The position numbers were made by a program, and so were the translations under genes. The notes beneath the pieces are model-generated. The model did not search any database. It saw only the letters and a program-made list of their open reading frames with translations, and had not been told where the DNA came from. From the NCBI GenBank assembly GCA_963813815.1, contig CAWFAD010000013.1:1-57661 (forward strand): a DNA stretch of 57,661 nucleotides, in the 5' to 3' direction. Of this stretch, positions 47,610 to 57,018 are shown one piece after another. Numbering within the stretch: position 1 is the first letter of the stretch; every line of letters starts with the position of its first letter. Origin of the DNA: an uncultured bacterium (GTDB lineage Bacteria > Krumholzibacteriota > Krumholzibacteriia > Krumholzibacteriales > Krumholzibacteriaceae).

Positions 47610-49022
47610 ATGAAGAAGGAACAAGGATACGGCAGGGAGATCAGATCCCTCGCGCGGGCGGTCCGGGGAGTCGATGTGCGCACGGAGAGGCGCTACACGA
47701 TTTCCTACGGTTTCGACGCGACCGGGCTTCGCGGCGAGTGCGACGGGGTCGCGTATCCCGGCTGCCTCGAGGACCTTTCGCGTCTCGTGCGGGAGGCGGG
47801 GGCGCGGGGCGTGCCCGCGTTCATGCGCGGGGCGGGATCGGGATTCTCGGGGGGGGCGGTGCCGCGGGGGGGCGGCCTCGTGATATCGACCGAGCGCATG
47901 CATCGCGTGCTCTCCTTCGATCCCGGCTCGCTCGAGGTCGAAGTGGAATCGGGAACGGTCAACCGGGAGCTCCAGGACTATCTCGGGGCGCGCGGTTTTT
48001 TCTATCCTCCCGATCCGGCGAGCCTCAATTTCTCCACGATCGGCGGCAACGTGGCCGAGAACGCCGGCGGCCCCCGCGCCTTCAAATACGGCGTGACGCG
48101 GCGCTACGTCCGCTCGCTCACCTGGGTCACGGCGGAGGGGGAGATCGTCGAGCGCTCCGCGCCGGCCGGCCCGGCGGCGCTCCTCGTGGGCGCCGAGGGA
48201 ACCCTCGGAGCGATCTATTCCGCGCGGCTTCGCTTTCTTCCCGCTCCCCGCGCGTTCCGGACCTTCCTGCTCGAATCGGGAGCGGGAGGCGGCGCGCTCG
48301 CGTTCGCCGCGGAGATGATCGCATCGGGCCTCTCGCCGGGCGTGCTCGAGTATCTCGACTCGAAGACGATGCGCTGCGTGGGGGAGTACTGCTGTTTCGG
48401 CGGAATCGGAAACCTCTCCGACTATCTTTTCGTCGAGTTCGACGGAGACGACGGGTCCGTCGCGGCCGAGGCCCGCGCGTTCGAGGATCTGGCGCGGCGC
48501 GCCGGAGCGATCGCGAGACCCGCGCGCGACGCGGACGAGCGGGAGCGCCTCTGGAAGCTCCGCCGCTCGGTGAGTCCGAGCCTCGCGCGACGGGGGCTCA
48601 CGAAGGTCAACGAAGACGTGTCGCTTCCCCTCGGGAAGCTCGAGGAGGGAAAACGCGCCATCCATACTCTCGCCGAGGCGCACGATCTCGACTGCTACCT
48701 CTTCGGCCACGCCGGGGACGGCAACCTGCACGTGAACATCATGACCGACCGGCGGCGCGCCGAGGAGATGGCGCGGGCGCACCGCTTCGTCGAGCGGCTC
48801 TTCGAGATCGTGGTTTCGCTGGGCGGCTCTCTCAGCGGAGAGCACGGCATCGGTCTCACGAAGAGCCCGTATCTCCGCATGATCTTCACGCCGGCCGAGA
48901 TCGAGCTCGCGCGGGGCGTCAAACGGGCCATGGACCCGCGGTTGATTCTCAACCCGGGGAAATATTTTTCGGCGGACGGAGCCGGGGCGGCGCGGTCCGC
49001 TCGGCCGTTCGCGGCGAGCTAG
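47610..49022 (+). CDS. FAD-linked oxidase, GlcD/D-lactate dehydrogenase family
   Basis: RGAGSG.SGG, YPPDPAS, GGNVAENAGG...KYGVT, GHAGDGNLH, SGEHGIG, LNPGK. Confidence 0.9.
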   Translation: MKKEQGYGREIRSLARAVRGVDVRTERRYTISYGFDATGLRGECDGVAYPGCLEDLSRLVREAGARGVPAFMRGAGSGFSGGAVPRGGGLVISTERMHRVLSFDPGSLEVEVESGTVNRELQDYLGARGFFYPPDPASLNFSTIGGNVAENAGGPRAFKYGVTRRYVRSLTWVTAEGEIVERSAPAGPAALLVGAEGTLGAIYSARLRFLPAPRAFRTFLLESGAGGGALAFAAEMIASGLSPGVLEYLDSKTMRCVGEYCCFGGIGNLSDYLFVEFDGDDGSVAAEARAFEDLARRAGAIARPARDADERERLWKLRRSVSPSLARRGLTKVNEDVSLPLGKLEEGKRAIHTLAEAHDLDCYLFGHAGDGNLHVNIMTDRRRAEEMARAHRFVERLFEIVVSLGGSLSGEHGIGLTKSPYLRMIFTPAEIELARGVKRAMDPRLILNPGKYFSADGAGAARSARPFAAS

Positions 49023-49030
49023 GGGGCGTT

Positions 49031-50029
49031 ATGTTCATCGACCGCGTCACGATCGACGTCAAGGCGGGCAAGGGAGGCGACGGCTGCGTGAGCTTCCGCC
49101 GCGAGAAATTCGTCCCCCGGGGTGGCCCCGACGGCGGCATGGGGGGCGACGGAGGCGACGTGATCGCGCGCGTCGACCCGCAGCTCCGCACGCTCGTCGA
49201 CCTCTACTACCGCAAGACCGTCAAGGCGGATCGGGGAAGGCACGGGCAGGGAAAGAACATGACCGGCGCGGAGGGGGCCTCGGAGATCGTCGGGGTGCCC
49301 CCGGGCACGGTGATCGAGGACGTCGCGACGGGCGGGCTCGTCGCCGATCTCGAGAAGCCCGGCGACGAGGTCGTCCTCGCGCACGGCGGCAGGGGAGGGC
49401 GGGGCAACTACACCTTCCGCTCCGCGCGGAACCAGGCCCCGCGCCAGCGCACTCTCGGCGGGCCGGGGGAGGAGCGCCGCCTCGTTCTCACCCTGAAGCT
49501 CATCGCGGACGTGGGGCTCGTCGGACTGCCGAACGCCGGAAAATCGACGCTGCTCCGCGCGGTGAGCGACGCGCATCCGGTCGTCGCGGCGTACCCGTTC
49601 TCGACGCTCGAGCCCGTGCTCGGCATGGTGAAGCTCGACTCCGGGGCGTCCTTCTGCATGGTGGACATTCCGGGGCTCATCGAGGGGGCGCATCGCGGGA
49701 AAGGGCTCGGCATCCAGTTCCTCCGGCACATCGAGCGTTGCCGCGTTCTCGTGTTCATCGTCGACGCGGCGGGAGAGGTGGCGCCCGAGGACGCTCTCGA
49801 GCAGCTGCGGGGCGAGCTCGGCTCGTATAGCGCGGTGCTCCTCGAAAAGCCGCATCTCATCGCGCTCAACAAGCTCGATCTGCTTGCGCCGGGGGAGAAG
49901 GAGCCGCGGATACCCCACGCGAAGGGAGAGCGGGTGTTCAAGATCTCCGCCATCGAGAAGCGAAACCTGCGGCCGCTCCTCGCCGCGGCTTATCGCCTCG
50001 TCACGGCCGGCGCCTCGAAGAAGGGCTAG
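49031..50029 (+). CDS. obgE: GTPase Obg/CgtA
   Basis: SFRREKFVPRGGPDGG, ADVGLVGLPNAGKSTL, YPFSTL, DIPGLIEGA, NKLD. Confidence 0.97.
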   Translation: MFIDRVTIDVKAGKGGDGCVSFRREKFVPRGGPDGGMGGDGGDVIARVDPQLRTLVDLYYRKTVKADRGRHGQGKNMTGAEGASEIVGVPPGTVIEDVATGGLVADLEKPGDEVVLAHGGRGGRGNYTFRSARNQAPRQRTLGGPGEERRLVLTLKLIADVGLVGLPNAGKSTLLRAVSDAHPVVAAYPFSTLEPVLGMVKLDSGASFCMVDIPGLIEGAHRGKGLGIQFLRHIERCRVLVFIVDAAGEVAPEDALEQLRGELGSYSAVLLEKPHLIALNKLDLLAPGEKEPRIPHAKGERVFKISAIEKRNLRPLLAAAYRLVTAGASKKG

Positions 50030-50045
50030 CGCGGGGGGCCGTCCG

Positions 50046-51290
50046 CTACATTGGATCGGCCAGCGATCCCATGAAGAGCACGAGTCCCGTCTCGCCGTCG
50101 ACGATCGCGAAGAGAAACGGCCGGTCGCACGTCATCGTGAATCGATTCATGGGCTCCATGACGGCGGTGACCCGTATCTCGACGCTCGTCACGGCGGCCG
50201 CCTCGGTTCCCTTCTCGTTCACCTCGCAGAAGGCCTTGTGAATGACGTCGTGGACGTAGGCGTTCGCGCCCGGAAGGGCGAGCATGCCGCTGAAATCGGC
50301 CAGCGAACCGTCGAATGCGATTCCCATGCCGAGATCGGTGAGCGCCCCCTTGAGCTTCGTCTCGTACTCGATCGCGAAGCGGGGGAGCGAGATGTCGCCG
50401 TCGCGGTTCGAGAAGCTTCCCATCCATGCGGTCCACGACTGCGGCGAGAGCTTCGCGTGGAGCCCGGCGAGACTCGACTGCGCGTCGGGGAGAAACACGT
50501 ACATGCCGACCCGTCCGTCGCCGTACGGCAGGCGGGCCGCCTGAAAGCCGTCCCCTTCGAGGTAGGCGTATTTCCCGGACTGCCGCATCATCGGGACGCG
50601 CCTGTCGCCCGAGACGCCGTGAAAGATCTCGTCGGCGGTGAGAGATTCGTCGAACTCCCGCTTCCACGCTCCTTTGAAGTAGATGGCGTTGATGAGGAAG
50701 AGCGTGGAAAAGGGATCGATGCTGTCGACGACCTCGCGGATTTTGTCCTTCGTTTTTTCGGCCACCCACGCGTTGATGACGCCGGGCGACTCAATGCTTG
50801 CGAAGTCGAGGCTTCTGATCTCGGCGCCGTAGCAGCGTTCGTTCCGAGCGAGAAAATCCTTCTCGAACTTGACTCCCTTCCGGCCCCAAAGCGAGTTGGC
50901 GACGGCGAGCTCCACGTCCTTCATCCCGGCGTTCATGCCGGCGATGAGCGCGGAGTCCGCGGCGTTCACCTCCGCGAAGTTTTCGGTCGGGAGCCGGAGC
51001 GTCCGCGCCATGGCCTTTCGCGTCTCGCCCTCCGAGCCGTTCCACGTCATCGCGAGCGCCAGAGCGACGCTCGCCGGCGAGAGAAAGACGTTCTTGCCGG
51101 GGGCGGCTCCGGCCGCCTCGAGGTAGAGATCGATCCCGAAGGCGGAGTAGGACGAGGCCGCAACGCTGCGCTCGATCGGTTGGCCGGCGGGCGCCGGCTC
51201 GGCCTCCGTTTTTGTTCTGCATGAGGCCGCCGCGACGGCGGCGAAACAGAGGATCGATAGCACGGCGATCCTCGCAAAGCGCTCGAACAT
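50046..51290 (-). CDS. Lipoprotein serpin (serine protease inhibitor)
   Basis: Lipobox AASC, NVFLSPAS, INAIYFKGAW, hinge EVNEKGTEAAAVT, DRPFLFAI, LFMG. Confidence 0.95.
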   Translation of the reverse strand: MFERFARIAVLSILCFAAVAAASCRTKTEAEPAPAGQPIERSVAASSYSAFGIDLYLEAAGAAPGKNVFLSPASVALALAMTWNGSEGETRKAMARTLRLPTENFAEVNAADSALIAGMNAGMKDVELAVANSLWGRKGVKFEKDFLARNERCYGAEIRSLDFASIESPGVINAWVAEKTKDKIREVVDSIDPFSTLFLINAIYFKGAWKREFDESLTADEIFHGVSGDRRVPMMRQSGKYAYLEGDGFQAARLPYGDGRVGMYVFLPDAQSSLAGLHAKLSPQSWTAWMGSFSNRDGDISLPRFAIEYETKLKGALTDLGMGIAFDGSLADFSGMLALPGANAYVHDVIHKAFCEVNEKGTEAAAVTSVEIRVTAVMEPMNRFTMTCDRPFLFAIVDGETGLVLFMGSLADPM

Positions 51291-51520
51291 GGCCGCACCT
51301 CCCGCCGCCGGAACGCACGGCCCGCGCGATGGGCCCCGGCGGCTCACGCATACATGATACAACAACGTCTTGCCCGCTGTTCCAACGAGATGGTAGCCTC
51401 CCCCTCTCGGGCGGGCAATGGAATTCACTCGGCGGGCGGGGCGCGGGAACCGGCGGTGCGGTGCGCATCCGGGCGCCGCCGAGAAGGAGGCGGCATGAGG
51501 ATCGAGCGGACGGCGCGGGA

Positions 51521-52213
51521 ATGACTCTGCACCTCCGTACGCTATTCACCGAGATTCCGGGCCGCTACGAGCTCGTGAACGGCGTTCTCACCTTCGGGCT
51601 CGACTCGCTCTGGCGCCGTGCGGTCGCCGCCGGCGCCGTCTCGGCGGGAGGCGCGCGTTTCCTCGACGTCTGCACGGGAACGGGGGAGACGGCCCTTTCC
51701 GTGGCGCGCCGCGCCGGCGCGGACGCCCTCGTCGCCGGGGCCGATTTCACGACGGCCATGATGGGGGAGGGGGTGCGCAGACACGGACGCGGCCGCGTCC
51801 TCTTCGTCGCCGCGGAGGCGCGCGAGCTTCCTTTCGCCGACGGCGCCTTCGACGTCGTCACGGTCTCGTTCGCGACGCGCAATCTCGCGATCTCCCGCGA
51901 GGCGCTCGTCGAGGCGTTCCGCGAGTTCCGCCGGGTCCTTCGCCCCGGGGGGCGCTTTCTCAACCTCGAAACGAGCCAGCCGCCGCTCGGCGCCGTCCGG
52001 GCGCTGTTTCATTTCTACGCGCGCCACGCGGTCGGGCGGATCGGCGCATTTATTTCTGGCTCGAGCGCCGGATATGCGTATCTTTCGAATACGCTTCAGC
52101 GCTTTTACGGCGCGGAGGAGCTCGCCGCCGTCCTGCGCGAGGCGGGCTACTCGAGAGTCGAATTCCGGCGACTGTCGTTCGGGGTAGTCGCGCTGCACGC
52201 GGCGGTGAAGTAG
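51521..52213 (+). CDS. ubiE: UbiE/MenG-family quinone C-methyltransferase
   Basis: RYELVNGVLTFGLDSLWR, LDVCTGTG, LPFADGAFD, RRVLRPGG, YAYL. Confidence 0.85.
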   Translation: MTLHLRTLFTEIPGRYELVNGVLTFGLDSLWRRAVAAGAVSAGGARFLDVCTGTGETALSVARRAGADALVAGADFTTAMMGEGVRRHGRGRVLFVAAEARELPFADGAFDVVTVSFATRNLAISREALVEAFREFRRVLRPGGRFLNLETSQPPLGAVRALFHFYARHAVGRIGAFISGSSAGYAYLSNTLQRFYGAEELAAVLREAGYSRVEFRRLSFGVVALHAAVK

Positions 52214-52242
52214 GGCGCCGCGGGGCGCGGCGCGAGAATTTC

Positions 52243-53001
52243 ATGATCACCGTATCGAACGTTCGCAAACGCTTCAAGGACGTGCGCGCCGTCGACGGCG
52301 TGACGCTCGAGTTTCCGAGCGGCTCCTACACGGCGCTCCTCGGACCGAACGGGGCGGGCAAGACCACGCTCGTCGAGATGATCGAGGGGATACAGAAACC
52401 CGATCACGGGGAGATCCGCATCCTCGGCCGGACGTGGGCCCGCGATGAGAGCTACCTGAGGCGGGCGCTCGGGATCGCCCTCCAAGAGACGAATTTCATC
52501 GACAAGATCACGGTTGGCGAAACGCTCGATCTCTTCGCGAGCTTCTTCGGGCGCGGGCGGGACGCCACGCCGCGCATCCTCGACATCATACGCCTCGGCG
52601 AAAAACGGCGCAGCTACGTGATGAATCTCTCGCACGGCATGCGCCAGCGCCTGAGCCTCGGCATCGCGCTCATCAACGATCCGGAGATCCTCATCCTCGA
52701 CGAGCCAACGACGGGCCTCGATCCGAACGCCCGGCGCGAGGTCTGGGACATCCTCCGGGAGCTCAAATCGAAGGGGACCTCGCTCATCCTCACGACGCAC
52801 TACATGGAGGAAGCGGAGACGCTCTGCGACCACATCGTCATCATGGATCGAGGCAAGGTGCTGACCGAGGGAACGATGGACGAGCTCGCCTCCCGCTACG
52901 GCGGCGAGGCGGCGGCGGCGGCGCGGCGCCGGCGCGATGAGCGCGCCGGGGGCCTCGACGACATCTTCGTGGCGCTCACGGGAAGGCGGCTCGATGAATA
53001 G
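52243..53001 (+). CDS. ABC-2 type exporter ATP-binding subunit
   Basis: GPNGAGKTT, LSHGMRQR, LDEPTTGLDP, TTHYMEEAE. Confidence 0.92.
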   Translation: MITVSNVRKRFKDVRAVDGVTLEFPSGSYTALLGPNGAGKTTLVEMIEGIQKPDHGEIRILGRTWARDESYLRRALGIALQETNFIDKITVGETLDLFASFFGRGRDATPRILDIIRLGEKRRSYVMNLSHGMRQRLSLGIALINDPEILILDEPTTGLDPNARREVWDILRELKSKGTSLILTTHYMEEAETLCDHIVIMDRGKVLTEGTMDELASRYGGEAAAAARRRRDERAGGLDDIFVALTGRRLDE

Positions 53002-54091
53002 CGCCTTCCGCAACCTCGTCTCTTTGCATTTCAAGGAGTTCTTCCGCGAGCCGGAGATCATCTTCTGGGCCTTCGTGCTTCCCATCGTGCTCGCGTGGCT
53101 GCTCGGGGTCGCGATCGGTTCGAGCAACGGCGCGACGCGAGCCGTCGCCGTCATCGAAACCGCGGAGGCGCCGCGGGAGTACTGGGAGGCGTGGATAGAT
53201 TCCACGCGCGGGGCGCTCCGCGAGAGCGAGGCGGATACGGAGGAGGCCGGGAACGCGGGGACGGGGGGCGACGGGATACGCTTTCTCATCCTGACGCGGG
53301 AGGGGGCGATCCTCGCCCTCAAGAAGGGAGAGATCTCGCTCTTCATGGAGCGGGGCGGGGAGGAGCGGGGCGTCCGTTATTTCTTCGATCCGCGAAACGG
53401 CGAGGCTCAGTTCACCTACCTCTTGATCGAGCGGGCGCTCGGCGGCGGCGCCGCCGCCGCCGGGAACTCCGTCGCCCCGCTCGAAGTGCAGGGAACGCGC
53501 TACATAGATTTTCTCGTGCCGGGGCTCCTCGCCATGGACATCATGAGCTCCGCTCTCTGGGGCATCGGATGGGCCCTCATCGAGATTCGCATCAAGAAGC
53601 TCCTGCGGCGCATGGCGGCGACCCCTATGCACAAGTCGATGTTTCTCGGCTCGCACTTCGCCGCGCGGGTCATCGTGAACGCGATCGAGTTTCTCGCGCT
53701 CTTTCTCTTCGCGCGCTACTACTTCGGCGTCGAGGTGCAGGGAAGCGTTCCGGCGCTCGTCGCGGTCTTCATCGCGGGGAACATGGCGTTCGCCGGGATC
53801 GCCGTCTTCGCCTCGTCCCGCACGGCCAACCCGCGGGTCGGGAACGGGCTCATCAACGCCGTCACGTTCCCCATGACCCTCCTGTCTGGTATCTTCTTTA
53901 GTTACAATCACTTTCCAGAATGGTCCATCCCATTCGTCAAGGCGCTTCCCCTCACGATGCTCGCCGACTCCATGCGGAGCGTCTTCAACGAGGGGGCGGG
54001 GTTCGCGCAGGTCGGACTGCCGGCGCTCGTTCTCGCCTCCGTGGGGATCGCGTTTTTCGCCGCGGGGCTCAAGATATACAAATGGTACTAG
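52994..54091 (+). CDS. ABC-2 type exporter permease
   Basis: FFREPE.IFW, RYIDFLVPG, LLRR..ATP, LSGIFF, multiple TM helices. Confidence 0.9.
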   Translation: MNSAFRNLVSLHFKEFFREPEIIFWAFVLPIVLAWLLGVAIGSSNGATRAVAVIETAEAPREYWEAWIDSTRGALRESEADTEEAGNAGTGGDGIRFLILTREGAILALKKGEISLFMERGGEERGVRYFFDPRNGEAQFTYLLIERALGGGAAAAGNSVAPLEVQGTRYIDFLVPGLLAMDIMSSALWGIGWALIEIRIKKLLRRMAATPMHKSMFLGSHFAARVIVNAIEFLALFLFARYYFGVEVQGSVPALVAVFIAGNMAFAGIAVFASSRTANPRVGNGLINAVTFPMTLLSGIFFSYNHFPEWSIPFVKALPLTMLADSMRSVFNEGAGFAQVGLPALVLASVGIAFFAAGLKIYKWY

Positions 54092-54205
54092 CGCCGGCCG
54101 CCCGCGTCCGGCCGGCGAGTTTGTGATTGCCGCGGCCGCCCGCTTCATGTACACATTCATCGAGATTTCCCTTGAACGCGGAGAGGAATCGTCCGGGTGC
54201 CTTCG

Positions 54206-55591
54206 ATGAATATTTCGCAGCGCGCAATTCTCGCCGCCGCATCGATGCTGTTCCTTTCGGCGCCGCCCGCCTTCTCTCAGGAACGAAGCGCCGCGGCGCC
54301 CGATACGCTCACGCGCGAGGGCGCCCTCAAGGTGTTCATCGAGAATTTTCCGTCCGATTACGTGCGCGAAAATATCCCTTTCGCGAACTACGTCCGCGAC
54401 AAGAACGCCGCCGGGTTGTATGCCGTCCTCAGCAGCCTCTACTCGGCCACAGGAGGCGCGGAATACACGATCGAGCTGCACGGACGCGGGCGGTTCGCCG
54501 GCATGGACGACACGCTCAAGTACTTTTCCGGTCCGACGGAGCTCTATGACGAAACGCGGGAAGGCATCCTGCGCGTGTTGAAGATGGGCCTCATGCGATA
54601 CGTCGCGCGAACGCCGCTCGCGGGGGAAATCGACATCACGAGCCGGCACGCCGCGCCGCCCCGCACGGTCGTCGATCCGTGGGATTCATGGGTGTTCACG
54701 ACGAGCGCGAGCAGCGGACTCTCCGGAAATCAGCGGGAAGGGGACTACAGCGTGCGCAGCTCCTTCTCGGCGTCGCGGGTCACGGAAGAGCTCAAGATCG
54801 ACTGCGGCGGCTTCATGAGCTATCGCGAGGACGAGACGGCGCTCACCACGAGGACGCTCAAGAACATATACCGCACGAACAGCTTCGACGCCCTCGTCGT
54901 CGCGAGCGTCAGCGACCGCTGGTCCGCGGGAGGGTTCGCGTCGGCGTACTACGCCACGACCGGCTCGAGGAAAGAGATCTATTCCGTCGCGCCGGCGGTC
55001 GAATTCAGCGTATTTCCCTACAAGGAAGCGAGCCATCGTTTGATCACGTTCCTGGATCCAGTCGAGTACGCGGACGTGACGTATCACGACGTCACGATCT
55101 ACGACAAGCTCTCCGAGCAGCTCTGGCGGCACACCCTCAGCGGCAGCGTGAGCATGTACCGGGAGTGGGGATCCGCGTTCGCGATGCTCGGCGGTTCCCA
55201 GTATCTCCACGACCTCGACATCAACAGTCTCTCGGCGACCGCGAGCCTCTCGTTCCGCCTCTTCAAGGGGTTCACGCTGAACGTCGGCGGGAGCTACGCC
55301 AGGAATCACGATCTCATCGACCAGCCGAGGCGCGATCTCACGGACGAGGAGATTCTGCTGCGGCTGCGGAGCATCGCGGAGACGTATTCCTACAGCGCCT
55401 CGCTCGGCTTCTCGTACACCTTCGGTTCGATCTACTCGAACGTCGTCAATCCGCGGTTTGAGCGCGCCGGCGCGCACGCGTCCGGTCGGTATCCATGCGA
55501 CCTGACGGGGCGGGGGACCGGCGCATTATTCGCTGGAACGCGGGCGAGCGTCGCGGGTATTATCACGTCGCTTCGGGAGCGGGGAACGTAG
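54206..55591 (+). CDS. Uncharacterised outer-membrane beta-barrel protein; natural stop probably near 55461
   Basis: Signal peptide, NYVRD and DPWDSWVF motifs, amphipathic strands, end-like motif YTFGSIYSNVVNPRF followed by a low-complexity tail. Confidence 0.7.
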   Translation: MNISQRAILAAASMLFLSAPPAFSQERSAAAPDTLTREGALKVFIENFPSDYVRENIPFANYVRDKNAAGLYAVLSSLYSATGGAEYTIELHGRGRFAGMDDTLKYFSGPTELYDETREGILRVLKMGLMRYVARTPLAGEIDITSRHAAPPRTVVDPWDSWVFTTSASSGLSGNQREGDYSVRSSFSASRVTEELKIDCGGFMSYREDETALTTRTLKNIYRTNSFDALVVASVSDRWSAGGFASAYYATTGSRKEIYSVAPAVEFSVFPYKEASHRLITFLDPVEYADVTYHDVTIYDKLSEQLWRHTLSGSVSMYREWGSAFAMLGGSQYLHDLDINSLSATASLSFRLFKGFTLNVGGSYARNHDLIDQPRRDLTDEEILLRLRSIAETYSYSASLGFSYTFGSIYSNVVNPRFERAGAHASGRYPCDLTGRGTGALFAGTRASVAGIITSLRERGT

Positions 55592-55626
55592 GATATCCCC
55601 GCGTCACCGGGCAAGGAGGATCTCTC

Positions 55627-55881
55627 GTGAAACGATCGATCATGACTCTCGGCGCGCTGGCGCTCGCGGCGATGCTCGCGCTGCCCGTTCTCGCGGAGAA
55701 GGCGACGACGAAAGCTCTCCCCACCCCGCAAACGACGGGCGGCATGCCGCTCATGGACGCGCTCATGGCGCGCCATTCCTCGCGCGAATACGCGCCCGAT
55801 CCGCTCCCGCCGCAGGAGCTCTCGAATCTGCTCTGGGCCGCGTTCGGCGTGAACCGGCCGGAGAAGGGTCGGGGAAATTGA
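55627..55881 (+). pseudogene. Truncated exported nitroreductase (SagB/ThcOx-like), cut at the junction
   Basis: GGMPLMDALMARHSSREY...LSNLLWAAFGVNR stops immediately before the expected RTAPSA motif. Confidence 0.8.
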
Positions 55882-56886
55882 GCGTGGCTTTTTTGCGAAG
55901 TTTGACGAGGTATTCGTCCATGGCCTTCTTTTTCAGGTCGGCCTGCACCAGGCGGTCGAGCAGGTCGTCGATTTCCGCCTGGGGCTTGAGTTTGCCCGGC
56001 TTGCGTTCTTCGACCAGCATGAGGTAATAAAACCCTCGGAATTCGAAGACCTGGCTGACGGTTTTGACGGGGATGGAGAAGGCGACCTCGGCGAGCTGAG
56101 GCGCGAGCGCGCTGCGCTGGACCATTCCCCAGTCGCCGCCGGCCGCCGCCTTGCTGTCCTGGGAGTAGGTGCGCGCCTGGGCGGCGAAGTCGGCGCCCTG
56201 GACCAGGCGGGTCCGGATTTCATTGGCCAGGGTGCGCTGGCGGGCGCGTTGTTCCTCGCCGGTCAGGCCCGGTTCGCCGGTGAGCTGGGGGATGGCCAGC
56301 GTCCGCATCCAGACGGCGCCTTCTTCGCGGAATTCCTCCTGATTTTTGCGGAAGTACTGCTCCTTCTGCTCCGGGGTGGCGAAATCGACGCTCTTGGTCG
56401 CCTGGCCGCGCATGGCGGCGACGACGAGTGATTTGCGATGTTGCTCGCGGAATTTCGTCCACGTCATGCCGCGTTTTTTCAGTTCGAGCAGGAATTGTTC
56501 GCGGCTGCCGGCGAAGCTTTCGCGGATGAGGCGCTGCACGTCCTCGTCGACGTACTGCGGTTTGATCATGGCGCCCAGGCGTTCGAATTCGCTGATGATG
56601 AGTTCGCGGTCGATCAGGTCGTTCAGGCCTTTGTGCAGTGCCTCCTGTTCCTTGTCCTTGCGGGCCATGGCGTCGCTCACGCCCTGCTGGATCATCATCA
56701 GCTGGTACTTCGCAGCGGTTTCCACCTCGTTGCGGGTGATGACCTTGCCGTTGACGATGGCGGCCACGCTGTTCTGGCTGGCGACGTCCGGGAGGGCGGC
56801 GGGCCTTGCGCGCGCAGGAGGGGGGCGACCCAGCCGGCCAGCACGGCGGCGGCGAGGAGGGCGGCGAAGAGACAAGGGGCTTTCAT
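55862..56886 (-). CDS. SurA/PpiC-type peptidyl-prolyl isomerase chaperone; frameshift near 56770-56810, 3' end lost at the junction
   Basis: Signal peptide MKAPCLFAALL in one frame; VAAIVNGKVIT, LIDRELI, FAAQARTYSQD...GGDWG in another. Confidence 0.8.
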
Positions 56887-57018
56887 ACGGCAGGGACGGA
56901 CGAGCAGGCGCCGACGGCGGCACACCGATCAAGCCTGATCATGGGGCACCGTTGCCGAATTTCCAGCAGGGAAAATAATTGCGGCTCGGCCGGGCGCGTC
57001 ACAGCTAGGTGATCGACG

